A stretch of DNA of 64,000 nt, taken from positions 28,659,130 through 28,723,129 of the forward strand of contig JARFYF010000050.1 in the NCBI GenBank assembly GCA_030265395.1, written 5' to 3'. Below, piece after piece: positions 24,540-37,290 of this stretch. The notes beneath the pieces were generated by a model that did not search any database, was not told where the DNA came from, and saw nothing but the letters and a program-made list of their open reading frames with translations. The first letter of the stretch is position 1, and every line of letters begins with the position of its first letter. Both the position numbers and the translations under genes were made by a program. The DNA is from Rhina ancylostomus. Its lineage: Eukaryota.

Positions 24540-24900
24540 ATACTCGAACCACTGAAGATATTACGCTGTTGTAATTCTTCCCAGTCCATTGTTTTTTGCC
24601 CCAATTGCTGTTAAAGGCCCACCAGCATCTGAAGCAGCTATCCACTGGATGGTAGTGTAATTGGCAGGTTTTCTGCCCAGCATTTCCACTCTCTTTAAAT
24701 TCCATCAATAAAAGAAATACAACGAGGTCACCACTATATAAGTCATTTATAGTGAGGAATTGAAGATGCAATTGATGGCATTTGTCTTAAGGCTGTGTCC
24801 CTGCAGAACTTCTGCTGGGCAGTGATGTCCTTGGATTGTGATGACTACCTTCGACTACTGACATCTCCTTTGTGTAGGAATGCCTTTGGCTACCAGAGAG
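24540..24900 (-). mobile_element. CR1-group LINE RT fragment
   Basis: gcagtgatgtccttggattgtgatgactacc is homologous to 45645-45710. Confidence 0.45.
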
Positions 24901-25434
24901 CTTCCCTTTGTTTCTTCTCCTGCTTCCCCTTTCCCCCACCCACTTTGTCCCCAGCTTTGGCAGCTTTTCCAAAGCTCCTTTCAGTAATAACTTGGGAATA
25001 TTGACAGCTGTTGGCCAAGGAAATCAGTTAAAGTCTTTTCTAATAACACAAATAAAACATGAACCCAGTGGTATAACTAGCATATAGGGAATGATGTTAC
25101 AAAACAGAAATGTAATGCCAGGCTTGAAATAACAGAAATAAATCATCAGGGTTTCACTTATCATTTTACTGCATCAGTTTCATTGCTTTTTTTCCTAATG
25201 CTCCATGATATCCATTATTCAATAGTAAATGTATGGCAGCTGAGGACTAGATCCTGTTTGGATCCAATCTTAATAGGAACCATGCATGAATCTTATGGGA
25301 CTTGAAATTTTCCTTGGGGCCATCTAGGTTTCAGCAGTAGCTACATCTTTTGAGGCCTTCTGATCTCTTTCCTTCACCTTCATTCTGATGCATTCATTGT
25401 TTAGGAATCTCACTTTCTCTCTCACCTATCATAT

Positions 25435-25880
25435 ACTTCCACAGAATGCATAATGCTGCAATAGGTCATTCAGTCCACTGGTCTATGTCTGGGTTTATGT
25501 CCACATGAAGCCCCTCCCATCCTCTCTATCTGACATATCAGCATAACTTATTTCTTGTGTTCTTGTATATTTATCTGTATATCTTTGCTGTGCAGTAGAA
25601 TGTTCCACATTCTAACAAAGCTGAAGATATTCCTCCTAAACTCTTTCCTGGATTAGTGACCAACTTGTATTTATGACCTTCAGTTCTGAACAATTTCCCA
25701 AGTGGAAACATCTTCTCTATCAAACCTTTTCACAACATTAAAGACCAAGTAACTTTGCAATATTATGTGGACAGTGGTTAGAATGTGAAATTTGCTGTTT
25801 CAAATAGTAGCTGAGCTGGCTACCTAAAAAGCATTTAAGGGGAATCTAGGTATACAGAAGGGAGGAGTAGAAGAGTTTGT
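25435..25880. mobile_element. two adjacent CR1 3' fragments (- then +)
   Basis: caataggtcattcagtcc..gttccacattctaac on -; cagtggttagaatgtgaaatttgc..gcatttaaggggaatctag on +. Confidence 0.55.
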
Positions 25881-26674
25881 TAATGGTGTAAGGTGAGTTT
25901 TGTAAATAAAATCTTCCGTTTCCCTTTATTTTCTTCTGTAACCCCTCCTCATAGACGATAACTACCTGGTGCTGGTATCACCCTTGTAAGTGAACTGAAA
26001 ACCTGTTGGCATCAAGCTGGCGCAGATCTGATCTGTCTCACTGGCGGGCATCAGCAGCCCTTCCACTCAGGGTACACAGCCTTCAATCTGCCACACTGAT
26101 CTCTGAGAAACAGCCAAAAGCATCACACCTGTTCCCAATAAGAAACACTTAGCTGTTCAGTGGTCCTACAGAGTTCTCTCACACAGCCACTCCTACTGAC
26201 AAACCTGGAGCCAACAAACTGCACCATGATCCGCCTACACCCATAAGGAACACAGAACCATCANNNNNNNNNNCCCACTGCCCTACTGACATCTACATCC
26301 ATGATGTTAGTACTGTCCTATGGATCTCTTTCTTCTCCACTAGCTATCATTCTATATTAATACACAAATTACATAACTATTTGGTTAATAACTAAAAAGT
26401 AGATATTTACAATGTCTGTGAAAATCCCCCCCAATTGAACCTGGTCATGAATCATGACTAACAAGTATGATGACCTTTTCAATGCACTGTTGTCATGGGG
26501 ATGATTACAATAAAACTCCAACACATGATGGAACTGGAATAAATGTTCAGTATATTTTAGGGTTTGAGAGAACCCACTGAAGCTATTTTGTGATTCTCAG
26601 CCAATTCCTTAATTCTCAATGTTATTTCCAAAAGTAAGTATTACAACTACATTTTTTCTGGAGAGTTACTACCC

Positions 26675-26870
26675 AAATCCAAATTCAAGTTCAAGTTCAC
26701 TGTAAAAACACATGTTGGAATGAAATATCATTTCCTCCAGACTCACACCACAGAGAACATACATAGAACAGAAGATGCACAATAAACACAAACAAGAAAA
26801 ATAATAAAAAAAGCAGTGCAAGTACAAACAGTGCAAAAAAACAGTATATACAAAATTCAGCAAACCTATC
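26675..26870 (-). mobile_element. Rex1/Babar-type LINE 3' tail
   Basis: ttcaagttcaagttc terminal repeat; atgaaatatcatttcctccagactc. Confidence 0.5.
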
Positions 26871-29121
26871 ACCTTCTTTCTTCTGTTGTGATAAAGTTTG
26901 TTGAATTACATCCGACTGAGTGTTTTTATTTCCCTCAACTTACTTAACCCTTTAATTTTCACTGTCCACTTGCTTTAGCTACACTCTGCTGTTTCTCACC
27001 AAATGGGCAAACCATCCAAGCCTTACTGTTTCAGATCACAGAGCTGATCAGATGTTGTTTGGCTGTCCAGACTTACTAATTTGTCATACGTCTTGCCCAA
27101 TGAATTCTCTTCAAGCATCTGTTATTGAAAGCACAGAGTTCCTAAGATACTCAATCTTAGTTGCATTCCAAACCTCTACACTGAAGGCCTGAGAACCGAT
27201 CCACTAATGCAGGGTTAAAAGAAGGACTCTTAGAGGCTGGTTCTTGTGCAGTGCCATTTTCCCATCCAAGGCTTTGGTTTTGGGTTACCCTCTACCCACA
27301 CCATCCTCAATCAAATGTTGGCAGTTGGCAACTGCTCAATTTTTTTTCCAGTGTGACAGCTTTCCATTCAACAGCTGTATCTCTTATTTTGCACCAATTG
27401 TCCTCACAGCAATCTTTGCTTATGTTTCCAGTCCACACCAATGAATTATTAAAAATTTAGAAAGGTTTCTTCAACAGCTGCCTCTTCAGATTTGAGTTTA
27501 ATTCTCTCAATTGCAGAATTTTAGCAGAAGCTTTCTCAACTACTCGCGGAGAAGCAGCTGACAGCTAGATACAGGCTGCCGGTTTGTTGTGTGGTCTCCC
27601 TGTGTACTCTTTATTCCGTTCAATTTGTGATTATACTAACATCTCCAAATCCCAGCTGGCCAAAATGGGAGCCAATGATTAAGTACCTAATTTCTAGAGA
27701 AAACACACATGATAAAACAAAAAGCCAGATTGCAAATGGGAAATCAGAGCAGATAAAAAGAGACACATGTGGGATATATTTTTAAACATTTTACTTAATC
27801 GTAATGAAGCTTCATATCAAAGAATTCTAGCCTTGATCACTGGTCTTTGTTTCTTCAAAGTAGTGCCAGAAATAATATTTCAAATACTTTTGATACAAAG
27901 TAGGAAAAAAAAGAAGAAATTGTTTTATGTATTTGAAGGATGGTTAAACATAACAGCAATATCAAATAAAAATCTAGATGAAGTATTTATCTACAAACGA
28001 TCATACCTAGAGATTAAAATCACCCTTTTATACAAGGAGTAAGAAAATGCAAGAGTTGCTTTAAATACAGTGTCCCTCAAAGCTCAATTAATAATCACCA
28101 TTAATCATATGTGGCTTAAACTGAGCAGATATCGAACAGTGGAGGGGTGGATAGGGGTGATATAAAAAAAATGAAGATAAAGTTCAATTAAATATTCTAA
28201 CAATAGAAAATGCCCGATGATCATGATAGAATACAGTAAATAGAGAAGTAATCAGCACTGGTTAATCAAAAGTTTCCAGAAATTATCTTATAATGTAACT
28301 TATAATGGCAGGAATATAGATTTCCACAAGTACAATGAGGGCTTTTTAATCATAATCATATACAACTGAACAGATCATGACACCATTGTTTACTTAAAAG
28401 CCATGGTTAAAGGGACATGCCCTTATGGAAATCAGTTTCATATTTATTTGTCCTTGGCAGGCAGAGTCGTAAAATTAACAGATGCATTAGATATCAAACA
28501 GCATTATTCAAAATAGTTAGGGTTAATTGATGAGTAGTTGTCCAATACTTGCATATTAATGTGAAATCTTTAAATACAGTTAAGTTTTGAGGTGGGGTGA
28601 ACAGGGCTGTGAAATTCATTGTAAGTACTGTTTTATGTTAGGATACAGTTTCAAGGGTGTTCAGTACCCAACAACTACCTATCAGCCAACAATATGTTGC
28701 TGACAAGAAAGACTACGTAACCAAGCCTCTTCTGACCACGCACAATATGCACTTCAATGGACACATTCCAGTTAATGCTCAGATCAAGCCAGGAAACTTT
28801 GATCCTGCTTCCTGGAATGGTTCTGAGGGTAACTTCTTTAGTGTGAAATAGTTTTTATTTTAAATCCCCCAAGCTCACCGATACATTGTGGAAGTATAAC
28901 TTCATAACATCACTGTTAAGTGTGTGGTGTTATTATGTGTTCCATGATTTGATCAGAGTTTCCATTTGGCCGCCAGATGAAGCTTTCAGGTGCCAATTGT
29001 GCCACATTGGCCACGACTGATCCTTACCTCATTCAGAGCTGCCCACATGTTCTGTCGGAAGTTGCAATCTGGTTGTTGAGTTAGATTCAAGATGTTTGTT
29101 TAAAAAAAACTATTGGAGATT

Positions 29122-29231
29122 TCAGATGCTGTAATCTGGAGCAAAGAAATGAACTGCTGGAGGAACTCCAAGGGTCAGGCAGCAGGAAATGGACAGTCGA
29201 CATTTCGGGTCAAGAACCTTCATCTGGACTA
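29122..29231 (-). mobile_element. Penelope-type terminal repeat with hammerhead-like motif (29194-29231)
   Basis: Minus strand: tagtc-CAGATGA-aggttcttgaccc-GAAA-tg-TC-gactg, then ..ttcctccagcagttc. Confidence 0.7.
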
Positions 29232-31117
29232 TTACCTCCCTAAGTTTTCCTCCAGAATGTTTTAGGGCTGTTGAATGGGATGCTGGGTTCATATTCCAAA
29301 AGAATATGGGTCAAGTTGGGAGATCTTAAAGGTTGAAGGTGAATGGGAATGTCCACATAGTTATTTATGTGATATGCTTCTCTATATTTAAATGCATTAA
29401 TTGAATGGAGGAGAGGCAATGCTTGAAAATAATTAAAACCAGTCACTACCTTAGAGAGTTTAAATAATGACACACCATTGCTATGACTTGTAACAATGTC
29501 CTTGAGCTTGAGTTGATTTTAAAATTCCAGAGATTACCCTCACTACTGGGTGGAGTTGTGTATTGGTGAATTTGTTGTGATGAATTCAGCTTTCTTCCTG
29601 CCCCAGTGGATGGAATTAACTAATAGAGGAAATACCTAGGGTTAAATGTGGTAGAGTAGATATCTTTAACTGTATCCACCTGATGGAGTGGGATAGCTGG
29701 GACACAGGCATTTTACCATTCACCATTCCATTCTAGACTGAGTTCAACAGAGAAGAAAATTCTGTGGATTGTAAGACAACCATTACTCCAGATTCAGTAA
29801 GCTTTCTGTCGAGTGCAGCAAGTTAAATGATTGACCCACAGCCCTGCCCACCCATCTCCAGGCTAGCATGTCTCAGTTGCACATTGAGTGGTGTTACAAA
29901 TTAGTCAGGCACCCAGGAGAATTAATTTATTGATTTCCATCTGGCAGTCACTTGTTAATCTAAAGATTTAAGGCATACATAAATTCTGAATATTCATGAA
30001 AAGAGACCACATAATTTTTCCAAAGTCAAAAACTATATTTTGGTAAACTAGCAAGAGTATAAAATTCTCAGGATTCATTTCTTTTGAATGACCATTCTGC
30101 TAAGAGCTGAAAAAGACAATTTACATCAGGCTCCTTTTGTTTGGCTCCCAACAGCTAGGCTGGCAGCAGGCTGATTCCCCATTTCCTTTACTAAAAACTA
30201 TTGGATGGTTTGTGGAAAGAGGAAATCGGTGCAACAAATATAACACAGGAGCCTAACCAGAATTGAATGCAGGTAATGACTAGAGCCCATGTTAGTCAGC
30301 AATGCGGCATGGGTGCCATTAGCCAATGTAATTAAAAATAAAGCTGCTCTTTGATAAGATTCTGCTCAATATGCTTTTGAACCACTCCAGCTCAGAGGAA
30401 CGACAGATTGGCCAGAAACCAAATCACTTTGGGGACTGTCAAATCATGAGTGGCAAATTTAAATGCAAGACGCAGGAATCCTGTAAAATAAATCCATGCA
30501 AAGAATTACACTGGCTGACAGCAACGTGAAGCAAGGAATGCTAATAGATACCAAGGAAGGGATTACAGACTCTATCATTTTAAGGACAATGCTACAAGTC
30601 ATACCAATGGCGCTTCATTATTTGAGCTCTCCAAGGCAGTGACCAGCTTTAATTGGCTTCATATGTATTAATTTTAAAACACTAGTTACATATTTTATGT
30701 ACATTTGTCTTTTGTTGTGATAACTTCATCTTTTGTATTACGGTAACAAGTATGAAAGTGACACAGGTTTTGGGAACCAACAGCAGATAATAAGGTCTGA
30801 GCTGGAAGAAAATAAATCATAGTGTGGCAGGCACTCTAATGCTGTATCAGCACATTCCCTGGAAGTAACCAAGCATGTCTTGTACAGTAACTGTGTAGGC
30901 AGCCTAGAGTCAGACAAGGAGTAAGTTTAAAGGATTTTTATGGTCAGAGGTCCTTCAAATCACTTTGCGTCATTTGTATAATAGGCAGTGCGCAATGGCA
31001 TTGAGTGATGCAGTGAGGTACTTGAGACTTACACTACTGAAGATTGCAATTATGGGAGCATGGGCTTTGGGCAGATCATCTCGCACTCTGATCTGATTCC
31101 CCGGCTCACACAGAGCA

Positions 31118-31290
31118 AACATAGAACAATGAAACACAGGACAGGCCCTTCAGCCCACCATGTCTGCACCAACCATGACACTAGTCTAGTTAATCCCATC
31201 TGCCTGCACGTGATCTGTTCCCTGTCTGTTTATGTGTCTGTCTCAATGCCTCTTAAACATTACTATTGGATCTGCTTCTGCCACCTACCA
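31118..31290 (-). mobile_element. HER1/CR1 3' tail
   Basis: catagaacaatgaaacacaggacaggcccttcagcccaccatgtctg. Confidence 0.75.
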
Positions 31291-31681
31291 TCTAGTTCTA
31301 TTTCACAAGCAGAGTCACTGAATTATCTTTTGATATTTGGCTCAGTACACAGTGTGATGTTTTATATCCAAACTTACAAAATGGCTGGGCAGGAAAAGAC
31401 CAGCTGGTCCACTCAGCTTGCTCCCAGCCATCAGTTATACCCCTGGAGGCATGAACACCTGCCTATATTACACTGCGAAAGTTCTTGCTTTTACTAACTT
31501 GCCAACAAAAGCACCACCAGGAAGTGAACAGCAACTTTATTGCACGCATTTTTTGTTCATTTCTTTATTTGTGCAACCAAGATGCCCAGAGCTCAACATT
31601 CCTCAGTCACAGAATATCAGAAGACAAGTTACCTTTGGGCAATTACTTATACCTGCAAATTGAATATCAAATAAACTAAAT

Positions 31682-32611
31682 GTAGTGTACTTCCGCATTA
31701 CAGCAGTTTGGGTAATAGAAAGTCAGCCTTACGGAATTCACAAATCACGACCAAACAATTTAAGAACATAAAAAATAGGAGCAGGAGGAGTCCATCTGAC
31801 CCATCGAGCCTGCTCCGCAATTCACTAAGACCATGGCTAATCTGGCCATAGACTCAGATCCACCTACCTGCCTTTTCCCCATAACCCTTAATTCCCCTAC
31901 TATGCAAAAATCTATCTAAGTGTTTCTTAAATATATTTAATAAGGTTGCCTCTACTGCTTCCATGGGCAAAGAATGCCACAGATTCATCACTCCCTAGGA
32001 AAAGCAGTTTCTCCACATCTCCGTCCTAAATCTACTCCCCCGAAGTTGAGGCTATGTCCGCTAGTTCTGGTCTCACCTACCAGTGGAAACAACCTTCCTA
32101 CTTTATCTTATCTATCCCTCTCATAATTTTATATGTTTCTATAAGATGCCCTCTTATTCTTCTGAATTTCAGCAAGTCTAGTCCCAGGCAACTCAATNNN
32201 NNNNNNNNNNNNNNNNNNNNNNNNNNNNNNNNNNNNNNNNNNNNNNNNNNNNNNNNNNNNNNNNNNNNNNNNNNNNNNNNNNNNNNNNNNNNNNNNNNNN
32301 NNNNNNNNNNNNNNNNNNNNNNNNNNNNNNNNNNNNNNNNNNNNNNNNNNNNNNNNNNNNNNNNNNNNNNNNNNNNNNNNNNNNNNNNNNNNNNNNNNNN
32401 NNNNNNNNNNNNNNNNNNNNNNNNNNNNNNNNNNNNNNNNNNNNNNNNNNNNNNNNNNNNNNNNNNNNNNNAAAAATCACAAAATAAAAACAAAATGTAA
32501 ATGAAACAACAAATTTTGTCAATTTTTAATCAAGGGTTTGCGTTATGGAAAACCGCGATACGGATGGTTTTCTAAAAAGGCAATTTCTCCGTAACATGGT
32601 GCTGTGCTGTA
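31682..32611. mobile_element. possible pogo/Tigger-like MITE split by a CR1 insertion and a gap
   Basis: Left end gtgtacttccgcattacag..ccttacggaa; right end ttctccgtaacatggtgctgtgCTG-TA with repeated TACGG/CCGTA motifs. TIR match is weak. Confidence 0.3.
31762..32197 (-). mobile_element. CR1 LINE 3' end (young), runs into gap
   Basis: LSCLGLDLLKFRRIRGHLIETYKIMRGIDKI plus tail aagaacataaaaaataggagcaggag. Confidence 0.9.
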
Positions 32612-33142
32612 TGCCTGACATTAAGGGTGGCAGCATGACAGAATATAGAAATGCTGTGGTGTTTAATAAAAGTCCTTTAAATCATTCAGTATTCTGCCAG
32701 TTTTTTGCCCCAGAATAATTATTGTAAAATTCCCTCTTCTATATCATTGTGTGTAATGCTGATTTCAGTTTCCTGGTCGTTATATCTGCTGGGTAACTCT
32801 GGAACAAACACTAGCCAATTGTCATTCAGTTTGCGACTGACTTGGGACTTGTGCATTGCAGATTAGGTGCTCAAATTGGGAAAATTATCTGAGAAAAAGG
32901 AAGTCTTGTACTGATTTCCAACTTAAATGTGAGGCATCTATTCCAATAAGGGACCATTGGCAACCCAAATTTATTTACATTTCTTCATTGGTTTCCACTG
33001 TGCATATGCCCATGTATCTATATTTTTGGTCTCCAGTCATCTTCCACCCCTTGCCAGTGGATCATTACCTCACACTTTCAAACCTGCCAATGGCGACCCA
33101 ACATTAAGAGAAACCAGATGCAGGCAACTCCCTTTCCTCAGT

Positions 33143-35250
33143 ATGAGGTTTGGGATCTGGCACATCAGGATCTTCATGAGCAGCCCCAGCAGTAGCAGAT
33201 CTGAACATTGCTTCACTAATATAGCTGTGATCCCAGATACTTAGTCAATACCATTGCTGCCCTAAGGGAAACAGAATGAGGAGGAAATGGCCAGCTCAAA
33301 GAGGGTACACCTTCTGGAAGGACACAGCACAAGAGAAATGTCATCTTCATGTAATGACCTTTGCTGTGAAGATGGAATCAGTCTGGCGTCTCAGTCCTTC
33401 CCTTTGAGGGATAAGTGAATCCCACATAATCCTCTGGCTCACTCTAACATGGAACTTGGTCATCTGTGTGTACACTTCAAAGCTGGAAGCTACAAATAGG
33501 GCCAAGGAGGGCTTCTACTCCAACCTTAAAAATACTCTTATCAGCATCTCAATCTTCCTGGGCATGTATTAAAAAAGCACTATCCTCTGACAAGGCACGA
33601 TTGGCAAGGAGGGAGAAGGCAAGGTCATCTTCCCTGACAAACTGCTTGGAGCACAGAAATATCACACCAACACGCGGTTCCAACAGTAAGGTGAGACAAG
33701 GTGTCATGGTCAAAACGTGNNNNNNNNNNNNNNNNNNNNNNNNNNNNNNNNNNNNNNNNNNNNNNNNNNNNNNNNNNNNNNNNNNAATTAATGTTGGACT
33801 GGCCATGACCTAATTTGCTGTAACTTCCGTCAGCCTGGCCCCAAAGCAAAAATGGCAACAGAAGCAAAACCTCAAGAAGATTAATTGTTGGAAGTTCTCA
33901 GGGACCGCACAAAAATGGGTCTTCTCAGAGAGTGCCTCAGAGACAACCTTATGATCCCCAGGCAGTGAGAGCTACAGAATGTCCACAGCATCTGGACAGG
34001 CCTGAAATCTGCCATAATTAGATAAACAACATAAGGGTTTGATGAGAATGACCTGGAGTTCCAGGAGCCACTTAACTACAATTGCAATGTGTACTTGGAT
34101 TGAAAACTTCACTACCTACCTCAAGGGAATCGAAACGGCTCTATGACACCCAAAGGGTGAGGTTGAGCAGAAGGACCATGTCTTAAAGTGGGTAAGTGGG
34201 TGGAAAGAGTGCAGAAAGTCTGACAACTTGCTGATAATGACAACATCCGAGGCATCTGCTGCTCAAATACCAAGCCCCCACCATGCTGGGGGCCAAGAAC
34301 TTCTTAACAAAGACAGATGGTCAGAGCCTGCTGGGGAAAACATTTCGCTGAACCACAGCCATGCCATTGTTCTTGACGTGAGAGTCCTTCACTCTATTTC
34401 ACAGTGAATTATCTAGTCCAGCAGCACCCCCAACCAACAAGAAGCTACAATGATGACTGCATCATTCAAGCCACAACAGGTACCAATTTCTGTTGAATTG
34501 AACACCACCTAATCTGCTGTTACTTTTGTAAGCCTGGCCCCAAAGCAACAATGGCAACGGGACCAAAACCTGAAGAAGATTAATTGTTGCAAGTTCTCAG
34601 GGACCGCACAAAAATGGGTCTTCTCAGAGAGCGCCTCACAGACAACCTTATGACTCCCAATCAATGTGACCTGCAGAGTGTCCACAGCATCTGGACAGGC
34701 CTGGAACTTGAAGGGAAGGAACTTTAGTCACAAATTTGCAACCCCACCTCCCAAGTCTGGGAAGAGGAGGACATGCCAGGGGACCACATAGGCATTATAA
34801 TTGTGGTGATCTTCAAAAACAAAGACAAATCTGACTGTAATAGTTACAGAGCGGTCATTCCACTGCCAGTCACAGAGAAAATCATCTCCTCAATCACCTC
34901 CTCCCTGTTGCTGAAGAGCCATTTCTAACATTGCAGTGTGGGTTCCATGCATGTAAAGACATTGTGGACATGATCTGCACTGTACGATAGGTCCAAGAGA
35001 AACAGAGAGAACAGCATCAGTCAAAGCTCTTAAAAAAACCTTTAACTCCATCTATCGATGACTATGGAGCATTTTTATCAAATTTCACTGCCTGCAGCAA
35101 TATATCTTCATCTTGCGTCTGCTAATGTGATGGGATGTAAGCTGTGACCTTAACCAAGAAATCCACAGCAGACCCAGTCCCAGTGTAGACAGGGAAGGCT
35201 TCATCATCAGCTCAAAACTTTTCTAAGTCTTTCTCACCTCAATGTAGCAC
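33143..35250 (+). mobile_element. decayed RTE-clade LINE, APE endonuclease through RT
   Basis: Colinear motifs MRFGIWHIRIFM (TWNVRTL), AALRET, GYTFW, KEGFYSNL, IGKEGEGK, FDEND, WEEEDMPGD, DKSDCNSYR, QCGF, VDMICTVR*VQEK.REQ; many stops and frameshifts. Confidence 0.85.
33808..34703 (+). repeat. 197-bp direct repeat (33808-34004 and 34507-34703)
   Basis: Both copies contain aagttctcagggaccgcacaaaaatgggtcttctcagagag and gtccacagcatctggacaggcctg. Confidence 0.95.
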
Positions 35251-35989
35251 CTCAAAATAAAAAGTCGTCTTCAATCCTAAGCAGTTGTCTGCCTATCCCA
35301 ATTTCTTAAATACTGTAAACTGGAGAGTAACAGACTCTTATAAATGTTGACACTTGCAAATGACTTGAGCAACAGAAGCTGCTGGCTGAAATGAGACAAC
35401 AGCTTTTCTCCCAGTGGAACTATTTCTAGGATGTTTGACAACAACATAGAATTCTAGTAATTAAGGAAAAGGAGGCTGGCAAGCATGGGTCCCATGGTTT
35501 CAATTGCTCAAGGGCACATAAGCATGAGTTGTTTTCAAATTGCACAGTATGAAATGCCTCCATGGCGCAGAATTCACCACAGATTAAATTTCTATCCTTT
35601 TTCATCAAACTTGCGAGGGAGCTTATATGTGGGGAAATATGTTTCTCTCTGATCTAATAGAGACCATGCCATTGTCTTAATGTGAAGACTCATCTGAAGT
35701 AGACTGCCCCCTGGAGAAACATGCCAGTGAAATCTGCTTCTGCACAACTGAAGGAGGTCCATCCTGACCTGTTGTTGGGAACACCTCAGATAGGTCCACT
35801 TTAAGTTATGTACTTACCTACTCTGCATTGGCCCCCATTCAGTTTCTCTCCCCAACCAAGCTTGTGCCTTTCACCCACCTCTGCCCAACCACTTTGTCCA
35901 GCCACCTACCACCTGGCCCTTTTCTCTTCCCATCCTCCAACCCTCTGACCCTCCCACTTCCCAAACTGACTCCCAACATCCAACAAACC

Positions 35990-36361
35990 CTGATCACAGA
36001 AGACAACATCTATCATCAAAGTTCCCCACCACGCAGGCCATGCAGCTGCCATCAGGCAGGAGGTATAGAACCCTGAAGTCCCACACCAATAGGTTCAAGA
36101 ACAGCTATTTCCCTTCAACCACTGAGGTCTTGAACCAACCGGCACAACTCTAATCACTACCTCAGTACAGCAATATGATGACCACCTTGCACTACAATGA
36201 GCTTTGTTTTTTTTGTTCTAATTGTGTTCTTTCTTGTATGATTTATGTTTAATTTATGTTTTTCTTCCGAATGTTGTGTGTTTAATGCTATGTGCCTGTG
36301 ATGCTGCTCTAAGTTTTCCATTGCACCTGTGCATACGTATGACAATAAACTCAACTTTGAC
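35990..36361 (+). mobile_element. Rex1/Babar LINE 3' end
   Basis: SIIKVPHHAGHA..LPSGRRYRTLKSHTNRFKNSYFP plus tail gacaataaactcaactttgac. Confidence 0.85.
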
Positions 36362-36392
36362 AATCCCCCCCACACCCTCAACACCAATCACA

Positions 36393-36650
36393 TTAGAATC
36401 AGCTTTATCATCACGGACTTATTTGACATGAAATTTGTTGTTTTGCGGCAGCAATTCAGTGTAAAGACATAAAAATTACTATAAATTACAGAATAAACAA
36501 ATAGAGCAAAAAATGGGAATAATGAAGTAGTATTCATGGGTTCATGGACTGATCAGAAATCTGATGGTGGAGGGGAAGAAGCTGTTCCTGAATCATGGAA
36601 TGTGGGTCTTCAGCCTCCTGTCCCTCCTGCCTGATGGTAAACGTGCAGGT
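36393..36650 (-). mobile_element. Rex1/Babar LINE 3' end
   Basis: Minus strand ccatcaggcaggagg..ttcaggaacagcttcttcccctcc encodes PSGRR..FRNSFFP. Confidence 0.8.
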
Positions 36651-36934
36651 TCCTTGTCCAGAGAATTTTTTCTGATCCATAACCAAGCCCCTTCCCCGAC
36701 CTCTGGGCTGCTTGCCCCCATGCTCCTGTCTCACTCCTGGACATACTGAGGAAAAGCCCATGATATCAGGTAACCTTAGCACTGTTGAATTTTAATGGAT
36801 GGATCCACATTTGCAGGTCCACTTTGCAGCCACAGTTTAACACCATTATGTAGGCACTGATGAAAGTCTAGGCTGTAATTTTTTACTGTTAAAATGAGCC
36901 ACTTAGTTTTGAAAATAAAAGTCTGTGATTATAA

Positions 36935-37290
36935 AATTTCTTTCATCATACCAGGATACCGAAAATTGCTTTACAACCAGTACTTTTGAGGTGTAGAAGC
37001 GGCCATAATGTAGGAAAGTCAGTAGCCAATTTGCACTTATCAAAGCACCACAGACAACTGGAGATAAAGAGCAGATACTTCATTTTAGTGGTGTTGGATG
37101 GGAGGTGGCAGAGAGGGCTATAGATATGAGCCAACACCTTGGGTGGAGCTCACCTATTCTCCTTTGAAAAGGGCAAAGGAATATCTTACATTCAACCAAG
37201 GAAGCAGATGGGGCCTTAGTTTAACATCACATCCCAAAGACCATATCTCCGAGAGTGAAAATTTACCCAGCACTACCTGAAGTGTTACAT
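36935..37290 (-). mobile_element. DeuSINE
   Basis: gcagatggggccttagtttaacatcacatcccaaagac Deu-domain antisense. Confidence 0.7.

Noticed and set aside
33808-34703. Direct repeats as LTRs of a TRIM/LTR element
   Set aside because: No TG..CA ends, PBS or PPT; the repeat and the interior both translate as RTE LINE sequence.
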